A stretch of 64,000 nucleotides of DNA from assembly GCA_020725895.1 (NCBI GenBank), contig DYTO01000002.1:3966-67965 (forward strand), read 5' to 3'. The first letter of the stretch is position 1. Each line of letters opens with the position of its first letter. The notes beneath the pieces are model-generated. The model worked only from the letters and a program-made list of their open reading frames with translations. It had not been told where the DNA came from and did not search any database. A program made the position numbers and the translations under genes. The DNA comes from Candidatus Hadarchaeum sp. GTDB lineage: Archaea > Hadarchaeota > Hadarchaeia > Hadarchaeales > Hadarchaeaceae. Shown piece after piece: positions 58,031 through 64,000 of this stretch.

Positions 58031-58142
58031 TGGTCCCGCGGGGGAGATTTGAACTCCCGACATGTCGGTGGCCGCTAAGGATCTACAGCCGACCACTCTA
58101 ACCAGGCTGAGTTTGCGGGGCGGTTTCGCGCCTTACCGCGGG
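58031..58142 (-). tRNA. tRNA-Tyr (GUA) with two introns: a 21-nt insertion after position 9 and a 13-nt canonical intron
   Basis: CCCGCGG-UA-[AGGCGCGAAACCGCCCCGCAA]-ACUC AGCCUGGUUA GAGU-G-GUCGG-CUGUAG[AUCCUUAGCGGCC]A-CCGAC-AUGUC-GGGAG UUCAAAU CUCCC-CCGCGGG-A-CCA. Confidence 0.65.
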
Positions 58143-58310
58143 ACGCGGGACCAGTTTAAGGTGAAATTCGTTTGTTAAAAATCTTCCTTATTTCTTCGCA
58201 GTTTTTATCGTGGATTTTTTCCGCTGTCCCGGCCAGCAGATCGGGCAGGACCCGCCGCCCGAATATTCGTGCCCGCGACTGCAAACTTTACGCCGCGTCA
58301 TTTTCCCAAC

Positions 58311-59435
58311 TCAAGTTGTTTTGATTTCTATTAAATCGTGAAGCCGGCGCACCGCACGGAGCTTCTCCTCGTTGCCGAGCCTAGCCCCGTCAATCGCGTT
58401 TTTCAAAATGTCTATCGTCTTCTGGTACGTTGGGCGGTCAACCGGGTAAGGTATCCCATCCTTCCCGCCGTGCGCCCAGCAGTACTTTGTGGGGTCCTTC
58501 CATGACGGCGGCTTCCCGTAGACGAGTTCAGAGACGAGCGCCAGCGCGCGGATAGACTTCGGTCCTATTCCGCGGAGTGAGACCAGCTCCTCGTAGCTAC
58601 TCGGCTGGATCTCGTAGGCGGCCTTCAGGGCCCGCATCGTGCGCTCCGTGAGTTCATCGATCGTGTGGCGCGCGGGCATGACAAGGATCTTCTGCGATTG
58701 CGAACGTTCGCAATAATCCTCAAGCGAAAGTTGCCCCGCCTTCCGGACGTACGGGCCGAGCCTAGTCGGGCAGTCGCGGACCAGGTCAAGGCTCGTCCCC
58801 CGCGCTTCCTCGCTCTCGCCCGCCGTCATATCGAGGACGGAACTTTCAACGCGCTCGGAGGCGATTCCCGAATGCGGCTCCTCGACAAATTCCGAAACGT
58901 TTTCGGAGAGCCAGTGGTATCGCCTGGCGAACATCTCGTTCATCCCCTGCTGGACGACAGCCCAGTCGCCGTCCTCGCTCATGATGAAAGTGTGGTGGTA
59001 AAGCTGGTAGCCGTCCTGGACGCACGAGTTGTCGACCTTGGCGGCCATCCTGCTCGCATACTTGAGTCGCTCGACTTTTTTCGAGCTCAGCGAAAAGACA
59101 CCGGAAACTTTTTCAATCTCATCTGGCGTCTTCCTGGAGACTTTCCCCTTCCCGCCGCAGACCGCAACGCCAAGCTCTTCGGGCTTTATCGCCTCCTTCA
59201 GGGCGCCCATCGTAGTTGTGGTCGTCCCGCTTGAGTGCCAGTCGAAGCCCATCACGCAGCTCAGAGCTTGGAAGAAGAAAGGATCTGCGAGCCTCCGAAG
59301 CAACTCTTCCCTCCCGTACTCCTCAACTATAATCGTCGAGATCTCCCCGCTCAGCTTCCTCATCCGGCCGAAAAGCCATGCTGGGCATTTGCCGCCGTGC
59401 AAAGGAAGCTGCGCCATGCCTACTCTTCTCAACAA
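58311..59435 (-). CDS. conserved hypothetical protein (DUF763-like) with helix-hairpin-helix motif
   Basis: A 374-aa ORF. An HhH-like LVSLRGIGPKSIRALALV and a conserved WAHGGKDGIPYPVDR block are present. The likely start is MAQLPL at 59417. Confidence 0.5.
   Translation of the reverse strand: MLRRVGMAQLPLHGGKCPAWLFGRMRKLSGEISTIIVEEYGREELLRRLADPFFFQALSCVMGFDWHSSGTTTTTMGALKEAIKPEELGVAVCGGKGKVSRKTPDEIEKVSGVFSLSSKKVERLKYASRMAAKVDNSCVQDGYQLYHHTFIMSEDGDWAVVQQGMNEMFARRYHWLSENVSEFVEEPHSGIASERVESSVLDMTAGESEEARGTSLDLVRDCPTRLGPYVRKAGQLSLEDYCERSQSQKILVMPARHTIDELTERTMRALKAAYEIQPSSYEELVSLRGIGPKSIRALALVSELVYGKPPSWKDPTKYCWAHGGKDGIPYPVDRPTYQKTIDILKNAIDGARLGNEEKLRAVRRLHDLIEIKTT
58698..58713. repeat. 16-nt perfect palindrome TTGCGAACGTTCGCAA (shares the 12-nt core with the 295/519 motif)
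   Basis: It lies inside the DUF763-like coding region. The 12-mer core would be expected fewer than 0.01 times by chance in 64 kb. Confidence 0.5.
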
Positions 59436-59572
59436 ATCACCGGCTTTCTCTACCCGACAAAATTAAAGCTGTTTTTGAGGAGGGGTGGGCGGAAGTATTA
59501 TTTTTCGCGGGGGGATGTCGAATTCCTGAATGGATTTTTAAGTCAACGAAAATAATCATCTCTGAGTCAACC

Positions 59573-59923
59573 ATGACCGATTGTCCAGTTTGCGGAAAAA
59601 ACAACCCGGATAACCAAAGGTCATGTTTCTGGTGCGGGGCCGACTTGACGGCGGCGAAAGCCGTGAAGATGGAGATCCGAGCTCCAACCGAGCCAAAACC
59701 GGTCGCAAAAGTCCAAGTCCCGGAACCGAAAGCCATGGCAAAATTCGAGCAGCCCCGATCTCAGAAGATTGAAATCCCGTCACCGGCGGCCGAGAGGAAG
59801 ATCCAACAAGCCATTCGTCAGCCCGAACAAACCAAGGATTATCTAAAACTAGCGCTGATTATAGCAACTATCGTCGTCATCGTTCTGGCGGCAATACTTT
59901 TCTTGGCATTGGGTCGTCATTGA
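59573..59923 (+). CDS. zinc-ribbon membrane protein
   Basis: MTDCPVCGKNNPDNQRSCFWCGADL (CxxC...CxxC) followed by a Pro/Lys-rich linker and a C-terminal TM helix. It is paralogous to the partial ORF at 63867. Confidence 0.5.
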   Translation: MTDCPVCGKNNPDNQRSCFWCGADLTAAKAVKMEIRAPTEPKPVAKVQVPEPKAMAKFEQPRSQKIEIPSPAAERKIQQAIRQPEQTKDYLKLALIIATIVVIVLAAILFLALGRH

Positions 59924-59934
59924 ATAGGCAATAT

Positions 59935-60150
59935 TTATTTCGTCAGGTAATATCCAGCAGACTTTTCCCTAGCCACGCGTTTCGCGTATCCCTTGTTGAC
60001 GAGCTCGAGGACCGCGTTGTTCATCATTCCCTTGGGCATGTTGGAAGCCCGCATCACGTCGTCGGCCGTCTTCAGGGCGTTTGGGTTCGTCGCCCCGATC
60101 TTCTTCAGCGTGTCGTACACTTTCTGCGCGTTCGGACTCAAATCACTCAT
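59935..60150 (-). CDS. small winged-helix DNA-binding protein (putative transcription regulator)
   Basis: 71 aa with a wHTH-like layout, reading ...ASNMPKGMMNNAVLELVNKGYAKRV... Confidence 0.45.
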   Translation of the reverse strand: MSDLSPNAQKVYDTLKKIGATNPNALKTADDVMRASNMPKGMMNNAVLELVNKGYAKRVAREKSAGYYLTK

Positions 60151-60191
60151 GTTACCACCTCGTTACCTCTCTTTTTCTAAAATGGCGCCTT

Positions 60192-61043
60192 TTAAGCCTT
60201 GCCGGTTATTTTCATGCCCATGTCGATGGCCGGCGCTTTCATTGTCATGTAACTCGATGAGACCACGTCGACCCCCGTCGCAGCGAAATCCCCGATGTTC
60301 TTCAGGGTTATCCCGCCGGACGCCTCGAGCAGGACCTTGTCGCGCAGCTTCTTCCTTTCAAGAAGCCTCACGGCCCGCCTGACCTGGCTCGGGGTCATGT
60401 TATCCAAGAGGATTATATCCGCGCCAGCCTGTGCGGCAGGAACTACGTCTTCAACTTCCGCGACCTCGACCTCGACTTTCCCCTTGTTCGTGGCCTTGGC
60501 CATCTTCACGGCCTTCTCAATCGAACCGACGATCTTGAGGTGGTTTACCTTGATCAGGATTTGCTCGCTCAGGTTGTACCTGTGCGGTTCGCCGCCGGCT
60601 ATGATGACGGCGCGCTTGTCCAGGTATGTCAGGAGCGGTGCTGTTTTCCTAGTTGCAGAAACGCGGATTTTTGGGTTTCTTCCCCTGGCCTTTTCCACCA
60701 TCTCTTTCGTGGCGGTGGCGATCCCGCTCATCCTCATGAGGAGGTTCAGGGCAACGCGCTCCGCCCCGAATATTTTTTTGGCCGTCCCCTCGACCCTGAT
60801 CACTTCCATCCCTGGCTTCACCGATGAGCCGTCCTCCACGAGAATCTCTGAAAAAACACCGTTCTCGCTGAAAACGGAAACCGTTTCCACCGCCCCGGCA
60901 AGAACGCATGCCTGCTTAGCGACGATTACCCCCCTCGCTTTTTCGCTGCTTTTCAAAAGGGCGTTCGACGTGATGTCGCCGGAAGCGATGTCCTCCGCGA
61001 GCATTTCCTTTATTTTCTTCTTCAAGTCCACCATTTGCCTCAC
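60192..61043 (-). CDS. nadC: nicotinate-nucleotide pyrophosphorylase [carboxylating] (quinolinate phosphoribosyltransferase)
   Basis: 283 aa with the QPRTase fold. It is adjacent to nadX. Confidence 0.85.
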   Translation of the reverse strand: MRQMVDLKKKIKEMLAEDIASGDITSNALLKSSEKARGVIVAKQACVLAGAVETVSVFSENGVFSEILVEDGSSVKPGMEVIRVEGTAKKIFGAERVALNLLMRMSGIATATKEMVEKARGRNPKIRVSATRKTAPLLTYLDKRAVIIAGGEPHRYNLSEQILIKVNHLKIVGSIEKAVKMAKATNKGKVEVEVAEVEDVVPAAQAGADIILLDNMTPSQVRRAVRLLERKKLRDKVLLEASGGITLKNIGDFAATGVDVVSSSYMTMKAPAIDMGMKITGKA

Positions 61044-61880
61044 CTATGTCCCGATCCTTACAGCCTCGCTCAGATTTTTGAGTGTCCTGACAGCGGAGAG
61101 CGCCGCGAGGTAGCTTGTCTTGCGCGAGTCCGGGAAAGGCAGGTTCCTGGCTATCGTCACCAACTCCCCGGATTTTCCCCGCACGATTATCTCGTGGACG
61201 TTCTTCCTGAGCTTGGGGTCGGCGATTATCCTCACACGGGTCTTGTCGAGGCCTATTCCAGCAAGGCTCAAAGTCGCGGCGACGTTCACGCTAGCTGGGA
61301 ACGCTTTGACTGCTTTGCGGGCCGGGCCGTCGAATATCAATCGCGGCTTTTTCAAATTCTTCAAATTGATCCCGCGTTTTTTGATGTATTCGCCGTAGGC
61401 GAGCGCTGCCGGCGGCTTGCTTGTCGTCAGGATGACCCGCCTGATTTTTCCGATGGCCGCCGCTTTGACGCCGTCTATCCCGAGAATCGCGCCGGATGGG
61501 ATGAAGACTCGGCGTTCGTTTTTGTCCGCGGCTTTCCTGACGCTGTTCAAGAGTTTTTGGTCTGAGAATGCGCCGACCGACATCACCATGAGGTCCTTTT
61601 TGGAGTTCAGGACGTCGAGCGCGTACTGCTCGACCGCGAGCTGGGAGGCGGACTCGATCACGAGGTCGACATCCTCATCCGCGTATATGTCGGTGGCGGC
61701 GGCGGCTATTTTCGGTTTTGAACGTAGTTTCTTGACGAGTTTCTCTGACTTGTCGCGCCTTATGTCGTATAACCAGACCAGCCTGGCCTCGCCCGCCACG
61801 CCCTTGTCGATGGCCTTTGCAAGCGTCGTGCCTATCGCACCGCAGCCGATTATCGCGACGTATAGTTTCATCAACCTCAA
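61044..61880 (-). CDS. nadX: L-aspartate dehydrogenase
   Basis: An N-terminal IIGCGAIG Rossmann motif and a 278-aa NadX-family ORF in an operon with nadC. Confidence 0.8.
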   Translation of the reverse strand: MRLMKLYVAIIGCGAIGTTLAKAIDKGVAGEARLVWLYDIRRDKSEKLVKKLRSKPKIAAAATDIYADEDVDLVIESASQLAVEQYALDVLNSKKDLMVMSVGAFSDQKLLNSVRKAADKNERRVFIPSGAILGIDGVKAAAIGKIRRVILTTSKPPAALAYGEYIKKRGINLKNLKKPRLIFDGPARKAVKAFPASVNVAATLSLAGIGLDKTRVRIIADPKLRKNVHEIIVRGKSGELVTIARNLPFPDSRKTSYLAALSAVRTLKNLSEAVRIGT

Positions 61881-61931
61881 TAGTATTCGACGCTTTTAAT
61901 TTTGGTGTTTTTGGTTTGCAGGATATGGAAA

Positions 61932-62008
61932 TGGTGGGCCCGGAGGGATTCGAACCCTCGATCTCCACCGTGTCAGGGTGGCGTCATAACCAACTGGACT
62001 ACAGGCCC
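61932..62008 (-). tRNA. tRNA-Val (GAC), intronless, CCA encoded
   Basis: GGGCCUG-UA-GUCC AGUUGGUUA UGAC-G-CCACC-CUGACAC-GGUGG-AGAUC-GAGGG UUCGAAU CCCUC-CGGGCCC-A-CCA. Confidence 0.8.
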
Positions 62009-62062
62009 ACAACCTACATAGAGTAAAGGACCTATTTTGTTTTTGCGGTTGGAAGTGAAAAA

Positions 62063-63814
62063 ATGGGTTCAAATCTGGTGAAAGCGGCTCTGGGTGAGAT
62101 GCCCGCGGACGTCGTTCTGAAGAACGGTAATCTCGTGAACGTCAACACGGCGGAGGTCGAGAGAAGCGTAGACGTCGCCGTGAAAGACGGCAGGGTGGCG
62201 CTTGTCGGCGATGCGAAGCACTGCGTCGGCGACACCACGAGAGTGGTCGACATCCGAGGGGAGTTCATAGTTCCAGGCCTTCTTGACGCCCACATCCACA
62301 TCGAAAGTTCCATGCTTACATTGACCCAGTTCGCTAGGGCAGTTTTGCCACGGGGAACGACCGGGGTTTTCATAGACCCCCACGAGATTGTGAACGTATT
62401 GGGGCTCAAAGGAATGGAAATCCTGATGGAAGAGGGAAAGAGGCTGCCGCTGAAAGTTTTCTTCGAGGTCCCGTCATGCGTGCCTTCTGCGCCAAGCCTC
62501 GAGACGAACGGTGCCGAGCTAGGACCGAGAGAGGTCGCCAGCGCGATGAAGTTTGGGAACGTGGTCGGACTCGCCGAGATGATGAACGTTCCAGGCGTCC
62601 TTTCAGGCGACGAGACCGTCAGCCGTAAACTGGAAATCGCGAAGGGTTTTGGGCGGGTAATCGAGGGTCACGCTCCGGGGATGGGCGGCAAGGAGTTGGC
62701 AGCGTACATATCAGCCGGAATTCACTCGGACCACGAGTCCTCGGTTGGGAAGGAGGCTGTGGAAAAGTTGAGGAGAGGGATGAAGCTGGAGATTCGCGAG
62801 GGTTCGGCCGCAAGAAACCTCTCGGCTCTGATGAAAGATATAGTGAAGCTTGTGTACGATACCAGGCACTGTCTTCTGGCTACTGACGACAAGCATCCCG
62901 GCGACCTATTGAAAGAGGGGCATATAGACCATGCAATCAGGTTGGCGATAAAAGAGGGGGTAGAGCCGGTCGAGGCAATCCAGATGGCCACCCTGAACAC
63001 GGCCGAGCACTTCGGGATTCTAGAGCTCGGTTCGATCTCGCCCGGAAAAGTCGCTGACATCGTCATTGTGAAAGATTTGGAGAAGTTCACGGCCGGCCGA
63101 GTTTTCGCGAGCGGCAAGCTCGTGGCAGATAAAGGAAGGATGATTGCAAAGTTACAAGGTTTCGCTTACCCGGATTTCACCAAGGCAACGATTAATCTGA
63201 AGAAAAAACCGGTAGCTAAGGATTTCACCGTCAAGGCGGGTTCAGGTTCCAAAACCAAGTCAAAAGTCATCTGTGTCATGGATGGTGAGATAACAACCGA
63301 AATGGAAATTCTAAAACTAAAATCCAAAAATGGAGAATTCCTGCCGGATGTTTCAAAGGATGTCATCAGGGCCGCTGTCGTGGAGAGACACAGGAGAACC
63401 GGGAACGTCGGGCTCGGCTTCGTCCGCGGCTTCGGGTTGAACAAAGGGGCGCTGGCTTCAAGCGTCGGTCACGATTCGCACAACATCACAGTTCTCGGAG
63501 TTGAAAAGGAGGAGATGGCGGTTGCAGTCGACGAGATTCAAAAATCAGGAGGCGGCCAGGTCGTGGTCCTGAACGGGAAGGCAATCGCCAAGGTTGAACT
63601 TCCGATAGCCGGGCTCCTGTCGGAAAAGCCAGCCGAGGATGTCGCCAGGGAGGTCGATGCACTCAACCTGGCCGCGCGCAGGCTCGGCACAAAGCTGAAG
63701 TCGCCTTTCATGACGATGGCTTTCCTTTCACTTCCCGTAATCCCGAAACTGCGGTTGACTGATAAAGGTTTAGTCGACGTTGAAAAGTTTTCAATCGTGA
63801 ACCTGCTCGATTGA
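62063..63814 (+). CDS. ade: adenine deaminase (amidohydrolase superfamily)
   Basis: 583 aa with the HIHIES metal-binding motif (GLLDAHIHIESSM) and the ADE-family domain architecture. Confidence 0.85.
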   Translation: MGSNLVKAALGEMPADVVLKNGNLVNVNTAEVERSVDVAVKDGRVALVGDAKHCVGDTTRVVDIRGEFIVPGLLDAHIHIESSMLTLTQFARAVLPRGTTGVFIDPHEIVNVLGLKGMEILMEEGKRLPLKVFFEVPSCVPSAPSLETNGAELGPREVASAMKFGNVVGLAEMMNVPGVLSGDETVSRKLEIAKGFGRVIEGHAPGMGGKELAAYISAGIHSDHESSVGKEAVEKLRRGMKLEIREGSAARNLSALMKDIVKLVYDTRHCLLATDDKHPGDLLKEGHIDHAIRLAIKEGVEPVEAIQMATLNTAEHFGILELGSISPGKVADIVIVKDLEKFTAGRVFASGKLVADKGRMIAKLQGFAYPDFTKATINLKKKPVAKDFTVKAGSGSKTKSKVICVMDGEITTEMEILKLKSKNGEFLPDVSKDVIRAAVVERHRRTGNVGLGFVRGFGLNKGALASSVGHDSHNITVLGVEKEEMAVAVDEIQKSGGGQVVVLNGKAIAKVELPIAGLLSEKPAEDVAREVDALNLAARRLGTKLKSPFMTMAFLSLPVIPKLRLTDKGLVDVEKFSIVNLLD

Positions 63815-63866
63815 GAGTTGCGGAAGTATTTTAGCCGAATGAAGCGCGAATAATTCGGGGTTAAAA

Positions 63867-64000
63867 TGGTCCGATGTCCGAATTGCGGCAGAGACAACCC
63901 ACCTACTTTCAGAAGATGCTACTGGTGCGAGAGAGACCTCTCCTTCGAGGTTCAGCACTGGATGGAGCACGCCGACGAGCCCACTCCCTCTCCGGAATCG
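63867..64000 (+). CDS. zinc-ribbon protein, 5' fragment (continues beyond the window)
   Basis: MVRCPNCGRDNPPTFRRCYWCERDL is paralogous to the N-terminus of the ORF at 59573..59923. Confidence 0.4.

Overview
This is a chromosomal segment from an archaeon with roughly 55% GC. Two core information-processing clusters sit on the minus strand. The first runs ftsZ, secE, spt5, an OB-fold gene, rpl11, rpl1, P0 and P1, followed by alaS and leuS (12.7-20.5 kb). The second runs rpoH, a fused full-length rpoB, rpoA', rpoA'', L30e, nusA, S12, S7, EF-1alpha and S10, with no aEF-2 between S7 and EF-1alpha (44.7-55.5 kb). Between them lie a lysine (diaminopimelate) biosynthesis operon (lysA, lysC, dapA, dapB, asd and a class-III aminotransferase), an nnr-type dehydratase, L40e, phosphopantothenate synthetase, a DHH phosphoesterase, an OCD-family enzyme and D-aminoacyl-tRNA deacylase. 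The 5' end carries a surface-glycan-type cluster: an epimerase, GT4 and GT2 glycosyltransferases, an HPr-kinase-like P-loop protein and an uncharacterised nucleotidyltransferase-like protein. The 3' end carries a DUF763-like protein, nadC/nadX and adenine deaminase. RNA genes are a stand-alone 5S rRNA and at least seven tRNA loci, all on the minus strand. Several tRNAs carry one or two introns, including non-canonical insertions just after position 9 and a 60-nt anticodon intron. Five things stand out. First, a second full-length EF-1alpha paralog shares a 143-nt tract of perfect nucleotide identity with the canonical copy. Second, four different free-standing double-motif LAGLIDADG endonuclease-like genes, all AT-rich, occur here, and three abut or overlap tRNA genes. 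Third, several genes are interrupted by in-frame TAG or TGA codons or frameshifts, including a tungsten-type aldehyde:ferredoxin oxidoreductase. Fourth, ribosomal protein L11 carries a roughly 100-aa Lys/Glu/Ala-rich tail. Fifth, a PolB-exo-like exonuclease gene overlaps the upstream end of a family-4 uracil-DNA glycosylase gene. A fused rpoB, EF-2 absent from the str cluster, multi-intron tRNAs and the presence of FtsZ together suggest a TACK-like or deep-branching archaeon rather than Thermoprotei; this is inference only.
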